Shown here piece after piece: positions 1 through 7,872 of a DNA stretch of 59,340 nucleotides. Source of the stretch: a virus (Duplodnaviria > Caudoviricetes); IMG/VR virus record IMGVR_UViG_3300021961_000104, positions 1 to 59,340 of that record; one strand, written 5' to 3'. Positions within the stretch are counted from its first letter, which is position 1, and every line of letters begins with the position of its first letter. A program made the translations under genes and the position numbers. The notes under the pieces are model-generated. The model was not told the origin of the DNA and did not search any database. It saw nothing but the letters and a program-made list of their open reading frames with translations.

Positions 1-160
1 ATTACATATTACTGGGTATGGTGTTGTCCCCTCCCCTCTACACGTTTTTTCTCTAGGAAAAATCATTTCACAAAACGGGCCCCACCCTTCTTTTCTAGAC
101 AATTTTCTATACCTCAACGAGACCCCCTCCCCCACCCCATAGATTTATGACTTTGTCTAG

Positions 161-283
161 ACTATACTATACTCTACTATACTCTACTACTCTATACTAT
201 ACTAAACAATACTACACAGTACTATACGATACTATACTATACTCTACTATACTATACTATACTACAAATACTCTACGATACTA
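161..283. repeat. Degenerate 5-bp tandem repeat array (ACTAT/ACTCT) at the left end
   Basis: actatactat actctactat actctactac ... with 5-nt periodicity over about 120 bp; non-coding, G-poor strand. Confidence 0.9.
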
Positions 284-294
284 TTTGGATAATA
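264..294 (+). promoter_or_regulatory. Early promoter-like motif copy 1 (ACAAA-N5-TACGA-N8-GGATAATA)
   Basis: ACAAA TACTC TACGA TACTATTT GGATAATA; same spacing as five other copies. Confidence 0.65.
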
Positions 295-464
295 CTAATG
301 TTACTAATCTAAACTAATACTAATGTTCTTACATGCTATCTTTCTAGTATTTATTCAAGTCACTATACTAATCTATACTCAGAAATAATATCATACCCAG
401 ATATGATAAATTCAAGTATCATCAATACTAATGATATTTTAACTCCAATACTAATACTAAAAAC

Positions 465-512
465 TGTGACAATAGCCTATTACTCTATATTACTTAATAC
501 CCTTATGTCACA
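465..512. promoter_or_regulatory. Palindrome-flanked site A (TGTGACA-N34-TGTCACA), putative operator/origin
   Basis: Terminal 7-bp inverted repeat; interior matches the reverse complement of 8725-8770. Confidence 0.65.
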
Positions 513-539
513 CTTTTCTAAAACTAATTAAAAACTAAC

Positions 540-570
540 ACAAACAAAATACGTTATCGTCCGGATAATA
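540..570 (+). promoter_or_regulatory. Early promoter-like motif copy 2
   Basis: ACAAA CAAAA TACGT TATCGTCC GGATAATA, upstream of ORF 631. Confidence 0.75.
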
Positions 571-630
571 TAATAAACCAATAAGCAAATATAAAATATA
601 AAATAAATAAATTAAATTAAAATTAAAATT

Positions 631-855
631 ATGCAAATTAAATCAAATCGCTTCGTCATTCGCAAATCATTAATTGGCCAAAATGCCATTATCAATGTCA
701 CTTTCAAAAATAATAAAACTTTTGAATATAATCATGATATCGCTTATGAACTCATGTCTTCAAAATTAAATGAAATGCCTTGCTTTTTAAAATATAAAAG
801 CTATACTTCATCAACTTCAATACCAAAAATATTGCAAAACGCTCAAGTTTTATAA
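631..855 (+). CDS. Hypothetical early protein
   Basis: 74-aa ORF after promoter motif with A-rich leader. Confidence 0.75.
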   Translation: MQIKSNRFVIRKSLIGQNAIINVTFKNNKTFEYNHDIAYELMSSKLNEMPCFLKYKSYTSSTSIPKILQNAQVL

Positions 856-886
856 TATTTTAATATTGCTTTTGAAAAATTGCTAT

Positions 887-924
887 AGACTATATTTTTC
901 TTTGTAGAAAGAGATATATAGTCT
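887..924. terminator. Intergenic hairpin, possible terminator or processing site
   Basis: AGACTATAT...ATATAGTCT inverted repeat downstream of ORF 631. Confidence 0.4.
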
Positions 925-1075
925 TAAACCACCAACTACTTTTTATCAATAAAACAATTATACACTTACAAACTTAAAAAATTATGAGAAAATTCTATCA
1001 CTTTGTATTAATAAAATTCGAGCAATTCCAAGAATTTATGGGAAAAGCACCTAGTGAAACGACTTGGTTTTAATT

Positions 1076-1106
1076 ACAAACTAAAAACGATGCACTTTGG
1101 ATAATA
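1076..1106 (+). promoter_or_regulatory. Early promoter-like motif copy 3
   Basis: ACAAA CTAAA AACGA TGCACTTT GGATAATA. Confidence 0.7.
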
Positions 1107-1443
1107 TAATAAATGCAAAATTATACCTATGATTAATAAAATATTCGAACTTCAAACTTCATTTCAAATAATTTATTCGCACAAATATAAATTATATGAC
1201 TTCACTATTATTGACTTGGAAAGTAAAAAAGTTTTACACCATTATCATTATCCAAATTTAAAAATTATAAATAAATTAATTCAAGAATATAAATAAACAT
1301 TATGAAAAAAGTAACAATTACACTACGATCTTCACAATCCGTTAAAGAAATAAACAAAATAATGGAAGAAATGCTATGGGATAGTGAATTCAGCTATGAG
1401 TTTGAAGACGCGCTTTGGGTGATATCGAAAGATTAATTCAATC

Positions 1444-1474
1444 ACAAACCAAATACGATTATCTTTGGATAATA
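1444..1474 (+). promoter_or_regulatory. Early promoter-like motif copy 4
   Basis: ACAAA CCAAA TACGA TTATCTTT GGATAATA. Confidence 0.75.
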
Positions 1475-1716
1475 TAATAAACAATTAACCAAATATTATA
1501 AAATGGAATTATTATTTAACCCTTCTGACATTATTTCACATGAAAAATTAAAAACTTGGAGTAAAAAAGCTTTAACAGAATATATATTATATTGCACCTA
1601 TATTAAATTTCCTGAAGATAGTTATGAAGAAGATGAACTTCCAATGAATAAATTAATTGCTAAAATATAATTAAAACTTTCCATGCCTGGGATTAGAAAT
1701 ACGGGTGATGCCAAAT

Positions 1717-1757
1717 AGAAGTAATGGTTAATGCGAGTTCGATTCTCGCGACTTCAA
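1717..1757 (+). ncRNA. tRNA minihelix-like element (partial acceptor stem + T arm)
   Basis: GCGAG-TTCGATT-CTCGC T arm; GAAGT pairs with ACTTC; ends ACTAA like the two tmRNA-like RNAs. Confidence 0.5.
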
Positions 1758-1785
1758 CTAAATTAATAAATTAAAAAATAAAATT

Positions 1786-1905
1786 ATGGCAAATATGAGT
1801 ACAGACATCATGAAAATCTCGTTAAAATTATTCAATAAATTTTGGCATGAGTTAAATTCACAACAAAAAGATACAGTTTTAGAAGCGTATTACGATTGGT
1901 GTTAA
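1786..1905 (+). CDS. Small hypothetical protein (39 aa, MANMSTD...)
   Basis: Read manually; first 15 nt identical to start of ORF 2852. Confidence 0.55.
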   Translation: MANMSTDIMKISLKLFNKFWHELNSQQKDTVLEAYYDWC

Positions 1906-1909
1906 TATT

Positions 1910-2125
1910 ATGAAAATATATCAAGTAACAAATTTGTTTTTTCCAAACAAAAAAACATATCGCTGTGATATTGACGGTGATTCTATAGTTGGTGATTATG
2001 CATCAGTATCTGAATGGCGTAATGATAGACTTGAGAATAGTGATTATTACAAAGAATTAAAAGAATTAAACACTAAAGCTACTATTGAATTTTTGTCAAA
2101 AGACAAGGGTAACAAAGGTGATTAA
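1910..2125 (+). CDS. Hypothetical protein
   Basis: ORF track, tightly packed operon. Confidence 0.7.
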   Translation: MKIYQVTNLFFPNKKTYRCDIDGDSIVGDYASVSEWRNDRLENSDYYKELKELNTKATIEFLSKDKGNKGD

Positions 2126-2142
2126 TAAATAATGTAAAAATT

Positions 2143-2460
2143 ATGAAAATAAAAGTGAAAAATCAATTAAATTCTTTTGTTAATATTGATGAAGATGTAA
2201 ACGTTATTTGCAAAGGATGTTTTGGAGGCGATCAAATTAACCAACATACGAAATTTGGTGGTGGTCAATTTAATATGGGCGCAGAATTTAACGGTGGTCA
2301 ATTTAACCAAAAAACAAAATTCCTCGGAAGTCAATATAATTGTGATGCAACATTTAACGGAAGAATGTATTTTACTAACAACACAGTTTGGAAAGAAGGG
2401 ATTTGGAAGCAGAATGATGATGGCACTTTTACCGAATGCAAAATAATACCTAAAAACTAA
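2143..2460 (+). CDS. Protein with 11-aa FxGxQxN tandem repeats (beta-solenoid-like)
   Basis: FGGDQINQHTK/FGGGQFNMGAE/FNGGQFNQKTK/FLGSQYNCDAT. Confidence 0.7.
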   Translation: MKIKVKNQLNSFVNIDEDVNVICKGCFGGDQINQHTKFGGGQFNMGAEFNGGQFNQKTKFLGSQYNCDATFNGRMYFTNNTVWKEGIWKQNDDGTFTECKIIPKN

Positions 2461-2610
2461 AACAATGAAAATAACAGTAAAACACTACGGCGAAAAAGTA
2501 ACAGTCTCAACAAAACGAAATGATCTTTCTCTTGATGAATTTATGGATTGTGTAAAGACTATTGCTACAGCAATATATAACGAACAATTAGTAGAAAATT
2601 ATTGGAAATA

Positions 2611-2823
2611 ATGAAAACACCGATGCAAGAGTTGATTGAGCAACTCAATAGGGTAAAGCCCACAGAATTTTGTTCTATTGAAACAATTAAAGGATGGGCA
2701 GAACAAATGCTTGAGAAAGAGAAAAAGGTGGTGTGTGAGTTTGCATACAATTGCAGGAATATAATGGCAGCAGATGAATTTGCTATTAAACATTGGTACG
2801 ACAAAACTTTTAACACTAAATAG
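2611..2823 (+). CDS. Hypothetical protein (start moved to ATG, MKTPMQELIE)
   Basis: ORF track 2602 start is TTG; in-frame ATG at 2611. Confidence 0.7.
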   Translation: MKTPMQELIEQLNRVKPTEFCSIETIKGWAEQMLEKEKKVVCEFAYNCRNIMAADEFAIKHWYDKTFNTK

Positions 2824-2851
2824 AAATAAAAAACATTTAAAACAAAATACT

Positions 2852-3049
2852 ATGGCAAATATGAGTTATTGCAGAATGCGAAATACTGCAAATGATTTAC
2901 AAGATTGTATAAATGCAATTGAAGAAGGAGAATATACTGATGGAATAAGTAGAGAAGAAAGACGAGGTTTAAACGAAATACTTGAATTAGCTCAACACTT
3001 AATTGATAATCTTCAAGACGAAATTGGAGAAATGTCAATAGCATATTAA
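2852..3049 (+). CDS. Hypothetical acidic protein (MANMSYCR...)
   Basis: In-frame ATG at 2852 after A-rich leader, no overlap with upstream gene. Confidence 0.75.
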   Translation: MANMSYCRMRNTANDLQDCINAIEEGEYTDGISREERRGLNEILELAQHLIDNLQDEIGEMSIAY

Positions 3050-3051
3050 AA

Positions 3052-3501
3052 ATGAAGAAGATAATTTATATAGACATGGACGGCGTTTTAGTCGATTTAG
3101 ATTCAGAAATAAAAAAAACTGAAACTAAAATAAACGGCAAAATGAAGTTTTGTGGTGTTGGTTTTACTAATTTATTCAAAAATCCACAGCCAATAAGTGG
3201 TGCGATTGAAGCTTTTGAAATACTTAGAAAATCACCTAAATACGATGTCTATATATTATCTTCAGCTCCATGGCAAAATCCTGCTACTTGGACATACAAA
3301 AGACTATGGGTAGAAAAATATTTAGGCAAATCTGCTTTCAAAAGACTAATATTATCACATCACAAAAATTTATGTGCCGGTGATTACTTAATTGATGACA
3401 GATTAGCGAACGGTTCTGATAAATTCAATGGTGAATTAATACAATTTGGAACAAAAAACTTTGAGAATTGGAGTGTAATATTGAAATATCTTCAACCTTA
3501 A
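3052..3501 (+). CDS. HAD-family 5'(3')-deoxyribonucleotidase (NT5C-like)
   Basis: IYIDMDGVL motif I, LSS motif II, K..W, LIDD motif IV. Confidence 0.9.
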   Translation: MKKIIYIDMDGVLVDLDSEIKKTETKINGKMKFCGVGFTNLFKNPQPISGAIEAFEILRKSPKYDVYILSSAPWQNPATWTYKRLWVEKYLGKSAFKRLILSHHKNLCAGDYLIDDRLANGSDKFNGELIQFGTKNFENWSVILKYLQP

Positions 3502-3502
3502 T

Positions 3503-3533
3503 ACAAATAAAATACGATTATCTATGGATAATA
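3503..3533 (+). promoter_or_regulatory. Early promoter-like motif copy 5
   Basis: ACAAATAAAATACGATTATCTATGGATAATA, identical to copy 6. Confidence 0.8.
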
Positions 3534-3555
3534 TATTTATAAACAAACAATAACT

Positions 3556-3738
3556 ATGCAAATGAAAAAAATTAAATTTTTAACCGGAAAACGTATATCT
3601 CTTGACGGAGTTATATATAAGCCTTATTTATTAAGCGAATTACCAAATAGCTTCGGCGTGATTTGGGATGAGAATCGAGAAGATTTTGGAATTTCACAAT
3701 GGTTTAATTACAAAGGATTGACTTATGTCCGTAGTTAA
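3556..3738 (+). CDS. Hypothetical protein
   Basis: ORF directly after promoter motif. Confidence 0.7.
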   Translation: MQMKKIKFLTGKRISLDGVIYKPYLLSELPNSFGVIWDENREDFGISQWFNYKGLTYVRS

Positions 3739-3976
3739 TATGAAAGAATTATGCCTCTATGTAGAACAGGCGAGAAAAAATCGTGCAGCGGAGCATAGAC
3801 GCAAGCACTCACATGAAAAACTGTGCGGTGGACTTACAGACTCTGAATATAACAAGATGGTAATCAGACAGAAATCTAGCTTTCCCAAAGCTAAAAAGTT
3901 CACCCATAGTAAAATGTGGCAAGATACACACAAGAAATTTGATGTAAAACAGTTAAATATTATAAAAAAATCATGA
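3725..3976 (+). CDS. Hypothetical basic protein
   Basis: ORF track, short overlap with upstream gene. Confidence 0.7.
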   Translation: MSVVNMKELCLYVEQARKNRAAEHRRKHSHEKLCGGLTDSEYNKMVIRQKSSFPKAKKFTHSKMWQDTHKKFDVKQLNIIKKS

Positions 3977-4102
3977 AAAAAGATATTTTAAATTACATAG
4001 ATTGGAATAATATTTGTAAGGATTATGATTTAGAAAGTGGTGATTTATCTTTAGATCATACTTTAACGTTAGAATATATATTAGAATATTTTATAAAAGC
4101 AA

Positions 4103-4133
4103 ACAAATAAAATACGATTATCTATGGATAATA
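4103..4133 (+). promoter_or_regulatory. Early promoter-like motif copy 6
   Basis: 31-bp exact repeat of 3503-3533. Confidence 0.8.
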
Positions 4134-4160
4134 TATATGTAACAAATAAAAACAGAAATT

Positions 4161-4409
4161 ATGAGTAAGTTTTTTAATAAACAACTAATCGATGAATTAG
4201 TAGAAATAGCTCAACATGAAGGTTGGGAAATAATGGTAAATGATGTTTATAATCTGATTAATCTTGAATATAGTAACGAAAATAAAGAAGATAGATTTAC
4301 ATTGATGAAAACATTAATAAACGAAGTTGGTTTTGTTATTAAACAAAAGTTAATAATTAAAAATAAACATGAAAACATTAGGTTATTTTATAGTAGAAAA
4401 CGAAATTGA
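4161..4409 (+). CDS. Hypothetical protein
   Basis: ORF after promoter motif. Confidence 0.65.
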   Translation: MSKFFNKQLIDELVEIAQHEGWEIMVNDVYNLINLEYSNENKEDRFTLMKTLINEVGFVIKQKLIIKNKHENIRLFYSRKRN

Positions 4410-4535
4410 AAGAAATGTATTAGAAGTAGCGCTCGATCACATGGAAGAGCATCTAATAAATATTAGCGATGAGGTAGATGTTAAAAATAGGCTCAAAGCT
4501 TGTAGAAATTTAATGAAAAAAATAATATATTAATT

Positions 4536-4733
4536 ATGAATATTAAATATTGTAAATGCGGAAAAACAGTGCATCCAATACGATTAAAATTAGGTTATAA
4601 TACTTGTGTAGATCATTCTACAGTGCAAACTTACTCTTATGTTCCAATTATCGAGCATAAAACAGGTAATACAATTCAAATCGTTAGCCAAGAAGTTAGT
4701 GCTTCAGTGCACAGAGCTTGGCGACGTAAATAA
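4536..4733 (+). CDS. Small zinc-finger protein (DksA/TraR C4-finger-like)
   Basis: CKCGKTVHPIRL...TCVDH resembles CxxCGxxIxxxRL...CxxC. Confidence 0.55.
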   Translation: MNIKYCKCGKTVHPIRLKLGYNTCVDHSTVQTYSYVPIIEHKTGNTIQIVSQEVSASVHRAWRRK

Positions 4734-4739
4734 AATCAC

Positions 4740-4816
4740 GGGGGTGATTGGTTTTGACATAGCGTAAAGCCTACAAGGAAACGTTATGGAAGAGGGTTCG
4801 AATCCCTCCACCTCCA
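4740..4816 (+). ncRNA. Mini tmRNA-like RNA: tRNA-like domain only, Ala identity
   Basis: GGGGGTG/CACCTCC acceptor with G3:U70, A discriminator, stemless D loop ATTGGTTTTGAC, 8-bp P2-like helix, T arm GAGGG-TTCGAAT-CCCTC. Confidence 0.8.
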
Positions 4817-4842
4817 CTAAAACAAATAAATTATACATTATT

Positions 4843-5073
4843 ATGGCTAAATACAACGGTTGGACAAACTACGCTACATGGCGTATAAACTTAGAAATAT
4901 TAGAAGATATTGAATTTGAAAAACAAGTTTCTGCAGATTATTTAAAAGAAATAGTAGAAAATATAATATTCACTAACAAATCTGAAGGTGGATATATAGA
5001 AGATTACGCTAGAGCTTTTGTATCTGAAGTTAATTTCTATGAAATAGCTAAAAATATTAATGAAGAAAAATAA
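4843..5073 (+). CDS. Hypothetical phage protein (MAKYNGWTNYATW)
   Basis: In-frame ATG after the ncRNA; YNGWxNxxTW motif familiar from phage early genes. Confidence 0.8.
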   Translation: MAKYNGWTNYATWRINLEILEDIEFEKQVSADYLKEIVENIIFTNKSEGGYIEDYARAFVSEVNFYEIAKNINEEK

Positions 5074-5083
5074 ATAAATAAAA

Positions 5084-5356
5084 ATGACAAAAACAGAAAC
5101 AAAAAATCCAGAATTTTTAAAAGTAATGAATTACTTTTCAGATGTAACTTTTTTTGATAACGTAAACGGTGAAGAAGTTCATGTTCACGATTTTGCAAAA
5201 GATGATAATATAAGTTCATTTGGTTATATGTTCTGGTGGAATTTTGATGAACAAGAATGTGGTATTGAGTATATGAATACCCCGGGTTCTATTGAAAATG
5301 ATGAACCTTGTAGAACTGCGCAAGATTTTATTAACTACATTGAAGACAGTATGTAA
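5084..5356 (+). CDS. Hypothetical acidic protein
   Basis: ORF track. Confidence 0.75.
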   Translation: MTKTETKNPEFLKVMNYFSDVTFFDNVNGEEVHVHDFAKDDNISSFGYMFWWNFDEQECGIEYMNTPGSIENDEPCRTAQDFINYIEDSM

Positions 5357-5358
5357 AT

Positions 5359-5736
5359 ATGAGAGATATTAAAATACCTAAACATCAAGAAATAGTTAAT
5401 AAAATTAATGCTATGCAAGATTTTACTTACTATAAGAAAAAAAAGCGTAAATTAAGATATGTAGTTAGTTGTAATAACCTATATAAAGGCGAAAATCCAT
5501 CAATGAAGTGGTTTAGTTCTAATGAAAAAATAGATGAAATACTTAAAGACGAAACGTTCGAAGGTATTGGAGGGTGGTTTGATAAAGAAAACAATATTTA
5601 TTATGTAGACGCTGTGAAAACGTATTTAACTTTAAGCGTTGCTATGGGTATGGCTAATATGTTTAAAGAAAAAAGTATTTATGACACAAAAGAAAATAAA
5701 GTATTAAAAGTAAAAGATTATTATAAATTAGTATGA
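5359..5736 (+). CDS. Hypothetical protein (possible phage SAM-lyase-like fold, GGW..D...YYVD..QxSIYD pattern)
   Basis: C-terminal GGWFDKENNIYYVDA...EKSIYD; function only tentative. Confidence 0.6.
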   Translation: MRDIKIPKHQEIVNKINAMQDFTYYKKKKRKLRYVVSCNNLYKGENPSMKWFSSNEKIDEILKDETFEGIGGWFDKENNIYYVDAVKTYLTLSVAMGMANMFKEKSIYDTKENKVLKVKDYYKLV

Positions 5737-5984
5737 ATAAATTAAGTTTATTAGAAAGATTAAGACCTGACATAAAGCAGCAATTAGATAAAGACGAATA
5801 TCTTTATCCAGCTGTTATTAAAGATTTAAAGTTTTTATTATCACAACAAATTTTCTATAGCGATCTTACAGTTGGTCAAGTTATACAGTTGTGTTTATTT
5901 TCAACAATAAAAACGTACGATAGAACCTCTTTCAATTGGAAATATGGAGATGATTTATTTGAAGAAGAAAAAGAAAATATATGA
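5733..5984 (+). CDS. Hypothetical protein
   Basis: ATGA overlap with upstream gene. Confidence 0.75.
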   Translation: MNKLSLLERLRPDIKQQLDKDEYLYPAVIKDLKFLLSQQIFYSDLTVGQVIQLCLFSTIKTYDRTSFNWKYGDDLFEEEKENI

Positions 5985-6187
5985 ATACAATACACCAAAA
6001 AGCAAGCGATAGAGCTTTTGCAAAGTTAACAATGCTATTGTTAGAAAAAGAAAAAATAGAACAAGACTTGAGAAAAAGAAATACTGGAGGTTTAACCTTA
6101 GAAGAGTTTAAATCTTTACATGAAGGTCACTTACAAGAAATAAAAATATGGAATTATATAGCAAATTTAATAGAAAAAAACACATAA
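5981..6187 (+). CDS. Hypothetical protein
   Basis: ATGA overlap with upstream gene. Confidence 0.75.
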   Translation: MNTIHQKASDRAFAKLTMLLLEKEKIEQDLRKRNTGGLTLEEFKSLHEGHLQEIKIWNYIANLIEKNT

Positions 6188-6190
6188 ATT

Positions 6191-6637
6191 ATGAAAAAAA
6201 TAACAGAAGAATTAATTAACGAAAGATTAGAAGCTAAAGGCTTTGGTGAAAATATAGCTAAAGACGAAGATTTAGTGCACGAAGCTGTGCTAGGTCACTA
6301 TGGTTGTGAGTTAATTGACGAATGGGATGACAACGCGGAATACTTTATTTGCGAAGAGTCAACTGCTGATGGATATTCAGTGTACATTGCCACCTCAAAT
6401 CCACGTCAAATTAATGTTAGTGAAGACGTACATTATTACGATTCAGACCTCGGTGAAATGCTAGCCGAAGCTATAAAATGGAGTAATGGCGATACAGAAG
6501 ATCGAGTAAAAATATATGTTGAGGATCTAGGTGCACAATATGTTCAAGATGCAATGGAACAATTATTTGAAGAGCTTTCAGAAAGATTTGAAGAAGAAGT
6601 CTTAATGGATCTTAAAGAAGAAGGTTATTCTGAATAA
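6191..6637 (+). CDS. Highly acidic early protein (candidate DNA mimic)
   Basis: About 41 D/E versus about 11 K/R in 148 aa (hand count). Confidence 0.75.
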   Translation: MKKITEELINERLEAKGFGENIAKDEDLVHEAVLGHYGCELIDEWDDNAEYFICEESTADGYSVYIATSNPRQINVSEDVHYYDSDLGEMLAEAIKWSNGDTEDRVKIYVEDLGAQYVQDAMEQLFEELSERFEEEVLMDLKEEGYSE

Positions 6638-6649
6638 AATAGAGTAACA

Positions 6650-6730
6650 GGGTGTGACATCGGTTGATTGTACTAGGAACTCGGAGAGGAGATACGGTAC
6701 AGGGTATAGGTTCGAATCCTATCACATCCA
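6650..6730 (+). ncRNA. Second tmRNA-TLD-like/atypical tRNA-like RNA with Ala identity
   Basis: GGGTGTG/CACATCC acceptor with G3:U70, A discriminator, no D stem, TGTACT/GGTACA helix, T arm ATAGG-TTCGAAT-CCTAT. Confidence 0.75.
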
Positions 6731-6751
6731 CTAATTATAAAACAAAAATTA

Positions 6752-7045
6752 ATGACAGAAGAAGAAATGGACAAAATAGCTGAAATTATTGTCAATAAAA
6801 TGATAAAAAAGCAAGCGGAATATGACCAAAAGTTTAAACAAGAGTTACAAATGATTATAGATAATAATTTAGAAGACAATGATTTAATTATAGAACTTAA
6901 TACACAAAGTGCTTCTGATGTTGCTCGCCAAGAAATAGAAAGACTTAATAAAGAATTAAAAAACTCTATAGAGCAAGAAAATTACGAAAATTGTATTAAC
7001 CTTGCTAATCAAATTAACTATTTAAAAGAAAAATATAAACTATGA
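6752..7045 (+). CDS. Coiled-coil protein with C-terminal UVR (UvrB/C)-like motif
   Basis: LKNSIEQENYENCINLANQI. Confidence 0.65.
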   Translation: MTEEEMDKIAEIIVNKMIKKQAEYDQKFKQELQMIIDNNLEDNDLIIELNTQSASDVARQEIERLNKELKNSIEQENYENCINLANQINYLKEKYKL

Positions 7046-7872
7046 TAAAACCAATGTTAGCACATAAAGTTAACAATAATAAAATTGACTGGTCTGAAGA
7101 TGTTTTTATTCAGCCAAAACTAGACGGTGTCCGTTGTGTATTCACTAAAGATGGTGCTTATTCTCGTACTGGTAAAAAGTTTTATAACTTACGTCACGTA
7201 GAACTTGAACTCAAAGATTTTTTTATCAAAAATCCATTTGCAGTATTAGACGGTGAGTTATATAATCATGATCTAAAAGACGATTTCGAACAAATCATAT
7301 CGTTAGTCAGAAAACAAAAACCAACTGAAGAGGATCGCAGAAATGCACAAAATCTCATACAATATCATGTGTATGATACTATAGCCGAAGGTCCTAATTA
7401 CAAAGATAGACTCGAGTGGTTGCAATCAAATGTAATCACCGATCAAACTGTAAGATTAGTATTAACTATGAATGTAAATAATTATAATGAAGCTAATAGA
7501 TTTCATAATGATGTTTTCTTAAAACAAGGTTATGAAGGTTCTATATTACGCTTAAATCGTGCTTATGAGCAAAAACGCAGTTATAATCTTATGAAATTTA
7601 AAGATTTCAGCGATGACGAGGCTGTAATTATAGATTATGTCGCTGGTAAAGGCAAGAGACTTGGAACTCTTGGTAAATTTATTATGCGAGATGACTCTGG
7701 CATTGAATTTGGTTGTCCTCCGGGTAAAGGTTGGGACTACAGTAAATTAGAATATATATTAAATAATATTCAAGATTATATAGGTAAAAAAGCCACGTTC
7801 ACTTATTTCGAAAGAACTAAAGCTAATAGCTACAGACATCCACAATTTAAAACAATTAGAGATTATGAGTAA
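7042..7872 (+). CDS. ATP-dependent DNA ligase
   Basis: KLDGVR motif I, LDGEL, YDT, EGSILR, KFK; C-terminal OB fold. Confidence 0.95.
   Translation: MIKPMLAHKVNNNKIDWSEDVFIQPKLDGVRCVFTKDGAYSRTGKKFYNLRHVELELKDFFIKNPFAVLDGELYNHDLKDDFEQIISLVRKQKPTEEDRRNAQNLIQYHVYDTIAEGPNYKDRLEWLQSNVITDQTVRLVLTMNVNNYNEANRFHNDVFLKQGYEGSILRLNRAYEQKRSYNLMKFKDFSDDEAVIIDYVAGKGKRLGTLGKFIMRDDSGIEFGCPPGKGWDYSKLEYILNNIQDYIGKKATFTYFERTKANSYRHPQFKTIRDYE

Noticed and set aside
81-140. G-quadruplex on the minus strand
   Set aside because: Only three closely spaced G-runs; the others are far away, so support is weak.
465-512. TGTGA...TCACA as a CRP site
   Set aside because: Half-sites are more than 30 bp apart rather than 6 bp.
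264-4133. Repeated 31-bp motif as a CRISPR array
   Set aside because: Copies are hundreds to thousands of bp apart with genes between them; no cas genes.
4740-4816. Conventional tRNA-Ala or an attP fragment of host ssrA
   Set aside because: No D stem or anticodon loop; both 5' and 3' halves are present and paired, and no integrase is seen in the window.
4786-4842. N-terminal extension of ORF 4786-5073
   Set aside because: Overlaps the T arm of the ncRNA; better ATG at 4843 after an A-rich leader.
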